Origin: Candidatus Parcubacteria bacterium
Lineage (GTDB): Bacteria; Patescibacteriota; Minisyncoccia; UBA6257; HR35
Assembly (NCBI GenBank): GCA_025999335.1
Contig: AP024681.1
Coordinates: 227,656-291,655, forward strand
Length of the DNA stretch: 64,000 nt
Direction: 5' to 3'
The notes under the pieces are model-generated. The model was not told the DNA's origin. It searched no databases and worked only from the letters and a program-made list of their open reading frames with translations. This document shows positions 20,997 to 32,296 of the stretch, one piece after another; within the stretch, counting starts at the first letter, position 1; every line of letters begins with the position of its first letter. The position numbers and the translations under genes were made by a program.

Positions 20997-22558
20997 TTTT
21001 TAAACCACTGTTCTATTTTAACAAATCTTGAAGAAGCGTCAAAAAGATAACTTTGATCAAAATTATAAAAATCTTTACTTATAAAATAAATATAATAAGG
21101 ATTAACCAAAAAGATATTGGCTTTTAATTTTAAAATTAAATTTTCTAAATCAGCTAATTCTTGTGATAAATCAATGTTTGCTTCTTGAGTAAAACGTTGC
21201 AATTTTTCTTCAATAGCTAATGATTGGTGATTATTAATATTTAAACCCGCTGAAGAAAAGAATACTAAATTGGGCAAATGATCGAAAAAAATACCTGTTA
21301 ACAAAGCTGAATACTTCTTTTCTGCTATTAATTTATTTAAGTTATTTTTATCTGTAAATTGTATTTTAATAAAATTAAATTTCTCTTGCAAATATCTTGC
21401 TATATCAGGATATAAATAAGAACTATCAACAGTTAAAATTAAAGTAGATGTATTTTTATAATCTTTAAAAGTAATAGCACTAGACATAGTACTTGTAACA
21501 GCTTGATCTTTGATGAGCAAAATTTTTCTTAATGAAGGCGAAAAAATTTTTGATGTAGCTTCGGCGTAGTCTTTAAAAACATTTTTAACAAGCTCTTGCC
21601 TGTTAATTGCTTTAGACAAATAATCAATAACTTCTTCATTAACTTGAGCTTTGTTAAAAAAAATGCCAACAACGCGAGGCATAATAATTTTATATATATT
21701 ATAATCATAATGTATATTAGAGGGTAAAGAAAAATAATTCACGCCACCCAAACCATCTATCTCTTTTAAAACTAAAGCATCAAAAGCTTTCCGCACCGAA
21801 GAGTAACTATAAAAAACTATTTTATCTAAATAAGGTTGGGGTTGATATTGCAAGTTTCGCGTTAAAGTAAGAATAGTAATATCGTTTTTAGTTTCAATTT
21901 TTTCGAAAACAAAGGGACCACTGCTAACTTTTAAATCATTAAAAGATAATTGATTTAAAGAGTCAAAAGAAGCAAATTGTCTTGGAAAAATTCGGAAATT
22001 TTTTAAATTATAAAGAAAATAATTATCGTTATTTGGCAAAGTAAAGATTACTGTTTTTCTGTCAGGCATATTGATAGTAACCTTATCTAATAATAATCCC
22101 GGATTTGTCTTTTGTAAAAGATTAAAGCTAAATAAAAAATCGTCAATATCTATTAAAGCACCATCGCTCCAACGTAAATTATTTTTAAGATAAAAAGTGT
22201 AAGTCAACTTATCATTGCTAATTTTATAAGAATCAAAAAAACGAGATCTTATTTTGCCATTATCAAACTCAACAAAAGGAGGAAAAAGAATATTAAGAAT
22301 TGATTTTTGAGTAATATTGTTTTCATTAATTTTAGCTAAATTTAAAGGCTCAACAGCTTCATAAATACCTTCGCGATAAATGCCGCCAGTTTTCGGATAA
22401 GGGCTTTCAGCAATTTTAATGCGAATTAAACCAATAACCGTAAAAATGATACCTAAAAATAACAATAATAACACAAAAATAAAAAATTTATCATTAGCAA
22501 AAAACAATTTGTGTAATTTAAGAAAATTAATTCTGAATAAAGATTTTAAAGGCTTCAT
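20993..22558 (-). CDS. Membrane-anchored solute-binding protein, family 5 (OppA/DppA-like)
   Basis: N-terminal TM; LTYTFYLKNNLRWSDGALIDIDDFLFSFNLL matches the SBP_bac_5 signature region. Confidence 0.5.
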   Translation of the reverse strand: MKPLKSLFRINFLKLHKLFFANDKFFIFVLLLLFLGIIFTVIGLIRIKIAESPYPKTGGIYREGIYEAVEPLNLAKINENNITQKSILNILFPPFVEFDNGKIRSRFFDSYKISNDKLTYTFYLKNNLRWSDGALIDIDDFLFSFNLLQKTNPGLLLDKVTINMPDRKTVIFTLPNNDNYFLYNLKNFRIFPRQFASFDSLNQLSFNDLKVSSGPFVFEKIETKNDITILTLTRNLQYQPQPYLDKIVFYSYSSVRKAFDALVLKEIDGLGGVNYFSLPSNIHYDYNIYKIIMPRVVGIFFNKAQVNEEVIDYLSKAINRQELVKNVFKDYAEATSKIFSPSLRKILLIKDQAVTSTMSSAITFKDYKNTSTLILTVDSSYLYPDIARYLQEKFNFIKIQFTDKNNLNKLIAEKKYSALLTGIFFDHLPNLVFFSSAGLNINNHQSLAIEEKLQRFTQEANIDLSQELADLENLILKLKANIFLVNPYYIYFISKDFYNFDQSYLFDASSRFVKIEQWFKK

Positions 22559-22579
22559 AAAAATTGCATATAAAACAAA

Positions 22580-22795
22580 TTAAACTATTTTATAAAATTG
22601 CAATAAAGAAAAAATAACAAATAAAAATATTAAAGCCCAGGTTAAAAAAAATAAATTTTTTTCTAAACCTCTTCTTTTTATTAAAAAAGATGTAGCAGGT
22701 CCAAAAAGTGCACTTGATTCTCCACCTCTCTGTTGCAAAATAATTAAAGCAACAATAATTCCTCCTATAATAATTTGCAAAAAATCAAAAAACAT
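22580..22795 (-). CDS. secG: Preprotein translocase subunit SecG
   Basis: 71 aa, two TMs with the ILQQRGGESSALFG (SecG glycine-rich) loop. Confidence 0.6.
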   Translation of the reverse strand: MFFDFLQIIIGGIIVALIILQQRGGESSALFGPATSFLIKRRGLEKNLFFLTWALIFLFVIFSLLQFYKIV

Positions 22796-22949
22796 TTAAA
22801 AAATTAATACACTTAATATTTATTGATATCTTATTCTAAAGCAATTATATAAATTAATTTCTAAAATATTATACCATAAATTTACTTATACTGCTATATT
22901 TGCGTCAATATTTATATCAATATCAATGATATAATAAATTTAAAACAAT

Positions 22950-23039
22950 GGAAGGGTGCCGGAGTGGTTTAACGGAACGGCCTGGAGAGCCGTGCTCTCG
23001 CAAGAGGGCTCGTGGGTTCGAATCCCACCCCTTCCGCCA
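22950..23039 (+). tRNA. tRNA-Ser (anticodon GGA), CCA encoded
   Basis: GGAAGGGTGCCGGAGTGGTTTAACGGAACGGCCTGGAGAGCCGT + long variable arm + GTGGGTTCGAATCCCACCCCTTCCGCCA; anticodon stem ACGGC/GCCGT, loop CTGGAGA. Confidence 0.8.
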
Positions 23040-23187
23040 ATCAGTTCCGCCAATCAGTAAATATTAAACCTACTCCATTCTTTGCAAAAATTCGCCAGTT
23101 GATTTTAAAGTAAAAATTTAATTTTTTTTGTATTCGTATTTTTGTTAAAATCTATTGTAAACTTCAAAATTTGATATAATTAAAAAT

Positions 23188-24123
23188 ATGAAAATAAAAT
23201 TAATTTTCTTATTTTTTCTTATAGGACTTATTCCAGTTGTTTTTCAAATACAAAATGTCAAAGCGCTTAGTTGTTTACGCTTAAGTTTTCCTATTCTTGG
23301 AATTGTTAGCGATATCTCAGTAAAAGGATCGGAAACAGAAATAGTTTTGGATAAATTTTATACATTCAATACGTCAGACATCGATAATGAGAAAATAATT
23401 AGCATTGACCGGTATGAAAATATTGTTAAAGAATATATAGAAAATAATTTTCAACTTCCTGAGAAGCCTTCGTTACAAGATAATGATCCGACAAGCAAAG
23501 ATATAATTAATAAGGTTTTTATTCCTACTAATGCTTTTAAGCAAATACAAATTGATAAAAATGACATTATTATAAATGGACCTCCGTTTTATGTTTGTAC
23601 TTACAGATTCACCGGAATATTTACAAAAGATGGAAAACTAAAAAGTGCAATAATAAATGACAACTATCAAGATTACTCCTATCGCAATAATAAACTAGAG
23701 GTAGAAGCTGGCAAGGAGCTTGAATGTTATGAGCATAATATATGTAAAATTGAAGTCAATTTTAAGCTAGATGATAAATCATTTAATTTGTCCCCACCTC
23801 AATTATACAAACCAACAGGAAGTTCAATTAAATCCATTTCTCTCTTAGACAGCAGTAGCATAAAAAAAGGAAACGATGGGCGACCAGTAGTCTTTGATTG
23901 GGGTCTAAATACTTATGTAACTTATGTGTTGAATTTTTCAGATTTTACAAACCATTCAATTTCAAGCTCTACGCCAACACCAAATATAAAACCTGAACCA
24001 CCATCACCTACAGAACAAAAATCACTAACACCAACGCTATCAGAAAAAACCACAAAAAATTTCTTCCAAAAAATCTGGCTTTGGCTTATATTATTATTGT
24101 TTAAACAATTTGCAATATATTAA
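23188..24123 (+). CDS. Secreted Cys-containing surface protein with Pro/Thr-rich stalk and C-terminal hydrophobic anchor, unknown
   Basis: Signal peptide MKIKLIFLFFLIGLIPVVFQIQNVKA; five Cys; C-terminal STPTPNIKPEPPSPTEQKSLTPT then IWLWLILLLF TM and a short tail. Confidence 0.35.
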   Translation: MKIKLIFLFFLIGLIPVVFQIQNVKALSCLRLSFPILGIVSDISVKGSETEIVLDKFYTFNTSDIDNEKIISIDRYENIVKEYIENNFQLPEKPSLQDNDPTSKDIINKVFIPTNAFKQIQIDKNDIIINGPPFYVCTYRFTGIFTKDGKLKSAIINDNYQDYSYRNNKLEVEAGKELECYEHNICKIEVNFKLDDKSFNLSPPQLYKPTGSSIKSISLLDSSSIKKGNDGRPVVFDWGLNTYVTYVLNFSDFTNHSISSSTPTPNIKPEPPSPTEQKSLTPTLSEKTTKNFFQKIWLWLILLLFKQFAIY

Positions 24124-24472
24124 TATATACTATTATTAGTACAAATCTTGATGTAACAATAGCTGGAACAAAATCAAATTGGAAATTTTTGCTTCAATAT
24201 CTTTTTCTTTTTTCAAAAAGTATTTTCAAATTGAAAATTTTATAATCCTAATATCGAAAATGGTTTTTTCAATTTTTTATTTAATTAATAAAATAAACGT
24301 TTTTATTAGTTGAGATGCGTATGTGTTTTCTTGACAATTATGTTATAATATAATTTGAATAACTTATATAAAGAGATATATTATTATATTTATATATAAA
24401 ATTTATCAGCTCAATTAATATTACCTAATCATTTTTATAAAAAGGTCGCCGTAAATTTAATTTGTTTAAAAA

Positions 24473-24766
24473 ATGAAACTCAAACCATTGAACGATTATC
24501 TTCTTATTGAACCTTTAAAAGAAGATGAAATTACTAAGGGCGGCATTGTTATTCCTGAAACAGCTAGAGAAGAAAGAACAACTAAAGGTAAAGTTATCGC
24601 TGTAGGTCCAGGAAAACTAAATGATAAAGGCGAACGCATAAAACCAACAATTAAAGAAGGTCAAATGGTTGTCTTTAAAAAATATTCTCCTGATGAAATT
24701 AAAATTGATGATAAAGAATATTACTTTGTTAAAGAAGATGATATTTTAGCTGTTATCGAAAGTTAA
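24473..24766 (+). CDS. groES: Co-chaperonin GroES
   Basis: MKLKPLNDYLLIEP...TKGGIVIPE...; 97 aa; upstream of groEL. Confidence 0.9.
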   Translation: MKLKPLNDYLLIEPLKEDEITKGGIVIPETAREERTTKGKVIAVGPGKLNDKGERIKPTIKEGQMVVFKKYSPDEIKIDDKEYYFVKEDDILAVIES

Positions 24767-24875
24767 TAATGCAAACTTATATAAACTTTAGTGAACAAAG
24801 GCGAACTATTTATTATAAACATCTGGGTTTTAAATAAAAAATCAAATATAAAATTGTCGAAAATTAAATCTTTGA

Positions 24876-26525
<1,650 letters not shown>

Positions 26526-26544
26526 TTAAAAATTTAAAAACATT

Positions 26545-26889
26545 ATGGCAAGAGTTAAAAGAGGTACTATTAAACACAAAAAAAGAGAGAAAATTTTAAA
26601 ATTAACCAAAGGTTTTCGTGGTCATTACTCAAAAAAGAAAAAGTTCGCCAAAGAAGCTTTATTGCATGCTTTTAAACATTCTTATGAAGATAGAAAAAAG
26701 AAAAAAAGAGATTTTCGAAGGTTATGGCAAATAAGAATCAATGCTGCGGCGAGAACTCATAATTTAACTTATAGTACTTTGATCAATAGATTAAAGAAAA
26801 ACAATATAGCTCTCAATAGAAAAATTCTTAGCCAACTAGCTAAAGAACATAGTTCTATTTTTACACGTTTATTAGAATACGCAAAATAA
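26545..26889 (+). CDS. rplT: 50S ribosomal protein L20
   Basis: MARVKRGTIKHKKREKILKLTKGF...; L20-like. Confidence 0.85.
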   Translation: MARVKRGTIKHKKREKILKLTKGFRGHYSKKKKFAKEALLHAFKHSYEDRKKKKRDFRRLWQIRINAAARTHNLTYSTLINRLKKNNIALNRKILSQLAKEHSSIFTRLLEYAK

Positions 26890-26892
26890 AAA

Positions 26893-27405
26893 ATGTTAGG
26901 CGGAATTCATTTTTTTGCTGGTGCTTCGACATCGATTTTTCTAACTAATAATTATTTGCTTGCCCCAATAATTGGCATTGTCTCTCACCATCTTTTAGAT
27001 CGTTTACCTCATTTAGATTTAAATATAATGCAACCTCCTAATGACCATTTATCAACGGCTAATATGAAAGTTAAATTGTTTGTTTTTGGAGAATTGGTTA
27101 TCTTAACTTTATTTACATTAATGCTAACAATTGAATATTTTAATAGTTCGTTAGTTCATCTAACTATAGCTATTTTAGGAGGTTTAGGAGGTATTGCTCC
27201 TGATGTTTTTACTATTTTATTTAAAGAAAAATTAAAAAAATTTAAAGTATTCAAGGCTTATTTTGATTTTCATAAAAATTTTCACTTTAAATTAAAAGAA
27301 AAAAAATTAAAATATTGTTTTTTGCCAATTTTAACGGAAATTATTGTTTTAATAGCAAGCTTTGCTTTAATAGATATCGCCGCTTCTTTTATTTTAACTC
27401 ATTAA
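26893..27405 (+). CDS. Polytopic membrane protein, unknown
   Basis: 170 aa, about four hydrophobic helices. Confidence 0.3.
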   Translation: MLGGIHFFAGASTSIFLTNNYLLAPIIGIVSHHLLDRLPHLDLNIMQPPNDHLSTANMKVKLFVFGELVILTLFTLMLTIEYFNSSLVHLTIAILGGLGGIAPDVFTILFKEKLKKFKVFKAYFDFHKNFHFKLKEKKLKYCFLPILTEIIVLIASFALIDIAASFILTH

Positions 27406-27421
27406 CAATCTTTTGTTTCAA

Positions 27422-28045
27422 TTAATATAATAAATTGATCATAAGTCTTTTATCATTGCCAACCTCTAAAACATTATCATTATCGCCGCTATCATATGAA
27501 GTTTGATCAATGCCGCCATTTTTTTTATAATCAGAAAATTCTAAATTAGCATTTATTTCAAAAGTTGAGCTGTTTCTTTTAAAAACATAAGCGTAAAATA
27601 ATTTTTTATTATAAGAATTAATTGGATCTACCGGGTAAGCAACCAATGGTGGATTAACTAGTGTTGTTAAATCAACCGGCAACCAACCATTGCCATCAAT
27701 ATTTATTAAATTAGAAGAAGATGCTTGTTTTAAACGATAACCGCCTAAAATTAAAGCGCTTAGGTTTTCAACATCAACGGGGACGGAAATAAAAATTGAC
27801 TGTTCGCTTTCTCCAATGCCGGTGTTAGTCGGTCCTAAAGCTAAGGGATTATTTTTATTAAACATTAAATAACTCGTTAAAGCCATTTCCAAAGCCCATA
27901 AATCAGCTATTCGCTTATCGTCCCTACTCTTTTTAAAAAAATTAGCATAATCAAAAACACTAAAGAAAAAAGTCAAAATTATTAACAAAATAAAGACAAC
28001 AATAACAATCTCCAATAAAGTAAGGCCTTTAGATTTAAGAACCAT
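27422..28045 (-). CDS. Pseudopilin / minor type IV pilin-like protein
   Basis: N-terminus MVLKSKG-LTLLEIVIVVFILLIIL (G at -1, E at +5). Confidence 0.55.
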   Translation of the reverse strand: MVLKSKGLTLLEIVIVVFILLIILTFFFSVFDYANFFKKSRDDKRIADLWALEMALTSYLMFNKNNPLALGPTNTGIGESEQSIFISVPVDVENLSALILGGYRLKQASSSNLINIDGNGWLPVDLTTLVNPPLVAYPVDPINSYNKKLFYAYVFKRNSSTFEINANLEFSDYKKNGGIDQTSYDSGDNDNVLEVGNDKRLMINLLY

Positions 28046-28460
28046 TTCTTTGCAAGTATAAATTCAAAAATTTATTAGCGCTTCTTAAGATATCTTTATT
28101 AAAAGTAATTAATTTAAAAGCTTGAATATAGGGCAACCAAACATAACCTTTGTGCTCATCAGAAAGAATAACTTTCTGATCTTTTGCTTGAGCCAAATAA
28201 AAAATCACTTCTTTGATAATAAATTCATTGCGATGCCGAAAATGATAAATGGAATTTTTTTCAAAACCTTTAATTAATTTAACATCCAAGCCTGTTTCTT
28301 CTTTGATTTCTCTTAAAGCAGTTTTATCTGGACTTTCATAAATTTCTAAATGGCCCTTAGGAAAATCCCAATGTCCACCTAAATAATTAAGCAATAAATA
28401 TTCTCGTTTATTACCTTTCTGATAAAAAACAACGGCACCGGCGGAAATTTCTTTACGCAT
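28035..28460 (-). CDS. NUDIX hydrolase
   Basis: Nudix box GHWDFPKGHLE...ALREIKEETGL; 141 aa; 11-bp overlap with the downstream pilin gene. Confidence 0.75.
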   Translation of the reverse strand: MRKEISAGAVVFYQKGNKREYLLLNYLGGHWDFPKGHLEIYESPDKTALREIKEETGLDVKLIKGFEKNSIYHFRHRNEFIIKEVIFYLAQAKDQKVILSDEHKGYVWLPYIQAFKLITFNKDILRSANKFLNLYLQRNGS

Positions 28461-28533
28461 AGATGTTTATAAAAATAATTGTTATAATTATTTGTTATAA
28501 TTATTACTATAATTATTTTAAACTATTTTTAAA

Positions 28534-29844
28534 ATGAAAATTTATTTTTACGGAAGCACAGAAACAGTCACAGGTTCAAATATTCTTCTCGAAGACAATA
28601 ATAGCAAAATTTTAATTGATTGTGGTTTAGTTCAAAAAGAAAGAACTTGCGATATAGAAAATTTTTATCCTTTTCCTTATGATGTTCAATCAATAAAAGC
28701 TGTGCTTTTAACTCATGCTCATTTAGACCATAGCGGCAGATTACCAAAATTAATCAAAGAAGGATTTAAGGGATATGTTTACAGCACGCCTCCTACTAAA
28801 GATTTAGCTAAAGAAATTTTGCTTGATTCTCAAAAAATCATCAATCAAAATTGCCAAGAACTTAATAAACAAAGAATTTACTCTGAAGAAGAAATAGATA
28901 AATTATTAGAACGGTGGCAAACAATAAACTATCATCAGCCGCTAACTATTGATAATTTTAATATTGAGTTTTTTAATAGTGGACATATTCTAGGTTCAGC
29001 TTTTATTAAAATAAATAATTTGGTTATTTCCGGAGATTTAGGCAATAAAGATAAAAGTCTAACGCAAGAATTAGAACCTTTGCCTAATGTCAATTATTTG
29101 GTCTTAGAATCAACTTACGGCAATAGACTGCATAAAAATTTAGATACAAGAATAAATGACCTGGAAAAAATAATTGAGAAAGTAATTTACGAAAAAAGAA
29201 TCTTATTAATACCAACATTTGCTTTAGAAAGAGCTCAAGAAATAATTTTCGACATTCAAAAACTAATTGAAACTAAAAAAATACCGGATATTAAAATTTA
29301 TTTAGACAGTCCTTTGGCAAAAAAAATATCTCGAATTTATGAAAAATATCCTGAATATCTCAATCATAATGCCAGCGTAGAGATATTAACTGAAGGTTTA
29401 TTTAATAATGATTATTTAAAAATTATTGAAAACGATCAAGATGAGTTAGAAATGATTAAAAAACAACCTCCCAAAATAATTCTTGCTGGCTCAGGAATGA
29501 TTATGGGAGGAAAAATAGTAAAAATTTTAGATCAGTATTTAAATAATGAAAAATTATCTATTCTTTTTATTGGCTATCAAGCTCCCGAATCATTAGGCAG
29601 AAAAATTTTAGACGGAGAAATGAAAATTAAAGGCGAAATCTTAACGCTTTTTTCTTATTCAGCTCACCGCGATCAAGCCGGTATTTTAGAGTGGGTAAAA
29701 CCTCAAAGATTTAATTTAAAAGAAATCTTTTTAGTCCATGGCAATAATGATGAAAAAAAAGCCCTTCAAACGCTTATTATGGATAGTTTAGCTCTTAAAA
29801 CCACTATTCCCCATAATAAAGAGAATGTTTTTGAAATTTTGTGA
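28534..29844 (+). CDS. Metallo-beta-lactamase-fold beta-CASP family hydrolase (putative RNA/DNA nuclease)
   Basis: HAHLDHSG (HxHxDH), then D, H...H motifs in beta-CASP spacing; 436 aa; distinct from the RNase J at 12432..14156. Confidence 0.6.
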   Translation: MKIYFYGSTETVTGSNILLEDNNSKILIDCGLVQKERTCDIENFYPFPYDVQSIKAVLLTHAHLDHSGRLPKLIKEGFKGYVYSTPPTKDLAKEILLDSQKIINQNCQELNKQRIYSEEEIDKLLERWQTINYHQPLTIDNFNIEFFNSGHILGSAFIKINNLVISGDLGNKDKSLTQELEPLPNVNYLVLESTYGNRLHKNLDTRINDLEKIIEKVIYEKRILLIPTFALERAQEIIFDIQKLIETKKIPDIKIYLDSPLAKKISRIYEKYPEYLNHNASVEILTEGLFNNDYLKIIENDQDELEMIKKQPPKIILAGSGMIMGGKIVKILDQYLNNEKLSILFIGYQAPESLGRKILDGEMKIKGEILTLFSYSAHRDQAGILEWVKPQRFNLKEIFLVHGNNDEKKALQTLIMDSLALKTTIPHNKENVFEIL

Positions 29845-29925
29845 TATACTATTATTAAGATAATTAAATTAAAATCAATTTATAACCACTTTGGTCGTTA
29901 TTACAATTTTATTTAATTAAAATCA

Positions 29926-30459
29926 ATGTCAAAATATTCCTCTAAACAAAAATTAGGTTTCACTTTAATTGAAATGGCTGTAGTGCTATTGATTATAGGT
30001 GTTTTAGCTGGTATTGTTTTAAGAAATATAGGAACTCAAGGCGTCGATGCCCGTGATAAAAGAAGAATAGCTGATTTAAATAATTTAGGCATTCAGTTAG
30101 TGCAATATTCTAACATAATGGGTACTTATCCGACTACAGCTGCAAGCGGAACAAACTCAGGATGGACTGATAGTTTTAAAGCAGCTTTTGGAAATGCTAA
30201 CTTATCAACTCAATTACCACTACCTCCAACTTCAAATTCAGGAGATGTATATCACTATTTCCCTTGCTCTAGAGGAGGGGCAACTGGAACAGCGTTTGTC
30301 TTAAGAGCTAAATTAGAACAATCAGCGAATACAGCACCAGCTTTATATCGTCAATCATATAATTCAAGCTCTGAGCCATCTGGATGGTCGTGTACTGCGC
30401 CTAATGGAACAAGCTTTGATTGCCAAGCTTCAAATAATTACTTTTGTTATACTCAATAA
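29926..30459 (+). CDS. Type IV pilin (candidate major pilin)
   Basis: Class III signal KQKLG-FTLIEMAVVLLIIGVLAG; 177 aa; C-terminal Cys pair (WSCTAPNGTSFDC) for the disulfide-bonded D-region. Confidence 0.7.
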   Translation: MSKYSSKQKLGFTLIEMAVVLLIIGVLAGIVLRNIGTQGVDARDKRRIADLNNLGIQLVQYSNIMGTYPTTAASGTNSGWTDSFKAAFGNANLSTQLPLPPTSNSGDVYHYFPCSRGGATGTAFVLRAKLEQSANTAPALYRQSYNSSSEPSGWSCTAPNGTSFDCQASNNYFCYTQ

Positions 30460-30522
30460 AACTCAATAAAATAAAAAGTTTTTATTATTTAAAAATTAAA
30501 TAGACTTTTCATTTTTCACTTT

Positions 30523-31200
30523 ATGCACGGTTTCACTTTAATTGAAGTTACGATTGTTATTTTAATTATTACCTTGCTTATATCTATTGCTCTTAAATAT
30601 AGTTTTATTAATAACGAAGTTTTAGAATTAAAAAACGCAACTTATAGCCTTAGCTCCTATTTAGGACAATTAAAAGATATATCTTTTAGCCGAAAAAATG
30701 TTGATGGTTATGCAACAGATCAAAGTGCTTGTGCTTATGGATTAAAAATTTCTTCATCTTCTTATATAGCTAAAGCTTTTGTAACTAGCACTAGAGCTGA
30801 TTGCGATAAAATAGCCTCAAATACTCCTGCAGAATTTCAAGATGGCAATATTTATATTACTAAAAATTTTGATTTAGTAACAACTTCTGATTATTACAAT
30901 ATTATTAATGAACAATTTAATAATATTAAAATCTCCATAGCAACATCGGCAAACGAAAATTGCGAACCTTTTCCAGGTGATCTTCTTGAAATCAATGATA
31001 GTATACTTATAAGTTTTTATAATCCTTTTGGTGATTTTATTGTTATCAACGACTCCAATGAAAAAATATTCAATTCAAGAGAAATCGGTGTAAATCAAAG
31101 CGTTTATGTATGTTTAAAATTAAAATCATCAATTAACAACGAAGAACGTTTAATTATTCTTAATAAATTAGGGCAAATAAAAACAGTTCTTTTTAAATAA
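30523..31200 (+). CDS. Type IV pilin-like protein (minor pilin)
   Basis: MHG-FTLIEVTIVILIITLLIS. Confidence 0.55.
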   Translation: MHGFTLIEVTIVILIITLLISIALKYSFINNEVLELKNATYSLSSYLGQLKDISFSRKNVDGYATDQSACAYGLKISSSSYIAKAFVTSTRADCDKIASNTPAEFQDGNIYITKNFDLVTTSDYYNIINEQFNNIKISIATSANENCEPFPGDLLEINDSILISFYNPFGDFIVINDSNEKIFNSREIGVNQSVYVCLKLKSSINNEERLIILNKLGQIKTVLFK

Positions 31201-31262
31201 AAAAATATATTTTAAAATATTTTTAAAATAAAATTTATAAACGATGCTTAGCAAATTAAATT

Positions 31263-31754
31263 ATGAAATTAATAAATAACAAAGAAAAAGCTTTTACTTT
31301 AGCGGAAATAATTATTGCTTTATTAATTATTGGCATTTCTGTGGCAGCTTTAACAAGATTAGCTATTAATTACATAGTTTCTTTATCTTTAGCCAAAGAA
31401 CAACTTTTAGCTATTTATGTTACCCAAGAAGGTTTAGAACTTGCCACAGCTTTAAGAAATAGCGCTCCAACTGGTTCAAACAACAGATTTCAAGTGCCTA
31501 TTAACACAACTTCTAACGCAATATCAACTTATTGTTTAGATTTTAATTCAAGCTCTAAAGAAATTACTACTACAACTGACTGTGCTGTTTCTTGGAATCG
31601 AAAATTCACGCGCGAAATTATTTATCAAACCTTAGCAAGAGCAAACCCTGGAGGCGATGATTATATAATAAGCATTATGTCTAGTTCAACATATAATCAA
31701 GAACCTCGATTTAGTTTAAATCAAAAAATTGTTCATACAGGTTATATAAGATGA
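31263..31754 (+). CDS. Type IV pilin-like protein (minor pilin)
   Basis: NNKEKA-FTLAEIIIALLIIGI (Ala at -1). Confidence 0.5.
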   Translation: MKLINNKEKAFTLAEIIIALLIIGISVAALTRLAINYIVSLSLAKEQLLAIYVTQEGLELATALRNSAPTGSNNRFQVPINTTSNAISTYCLDFNSSSKEITTTTDCAVSWNRKFTREIIYQTLARANPGGDDYIISIMSSSTYNQEPRFSLNQKIVHTGYIR

Positions 31755-32296
31755 CTAAAAAGAATAAAGCTTTTACTTTAATAGAAACAGTGGTAGTAAT
31801 TATGTTGTTTATTTTTGCGATTGTAATTATAGCGCAATTGTATATTAGTTTAACCAAGGCTGCTTTAGATTTACAACAACGACATATAGCTATAAATTCC
31901 ATTCACTCAGGTTTAGAAAAAATATATAGCGAATTGAAAAATGGATTCAGTTTTACAATAACAGATAATTCAATACTTTTTAAAGACAAATTATGTGAAA
32001 CCGCTATGATTAATTTTGATTCCAATAGGTTACTACTATATTACAATAGCTCATCATTGTTTAATAAAGATTTTGTTGAATTAGAGGATGTGAAAATTTA
32101 TGGTTATAATCCATCTACAACACCTAGCGCTAGTTACTATTATCAACATTCATCATCAACAAAATTAATAGTTATTGACTATTATTTTTATATAAAAAGT
32201 CCCATTACAACAAAAACACCTTTATTTATTAGGCAAAGCATTGCTCCTTTAAATAGTTCCAAGGCCCAAATAGTAAATCGTTGTAAATTTGAATAA
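31751..32296 (+). CDS. Type IV pilin-like protein (minor pilin)
   Basis: KKNKA-FTLIETVVVIMLFIF; ATGA overlap with the upstream gene. Confidence 0.5.
   Translation: MTKKNKAFTLIETVVVIMLFIFAIVIIAQLYISLTKAALDLQQRHIAINSIHSGLEKIYSELKNGFSFTITDNSILFKDKLCETAMINFDSNRLLLYYNSSSLFNKDFVELEDVKIYGYNPSTTPSASYYYQHSSSTKLIVIDYYFYIKSPITTKTPLFIRQSIAPLNSSKAQIVNRCKFE

Noticed and set aside
24331-24354. Possible sigma-70 promoter (TTGACA ... TATAAT) upstream of groES
   Set aside because: A TTGACA hexamer is present at 24331..24336, but the nearest TATAAT hexamers sit at spacings of 7 and 12 bp rather than 16-18 bp. TATAAT-like strings are ubiquitous in this AT-rich DNA, so they are not convincing.
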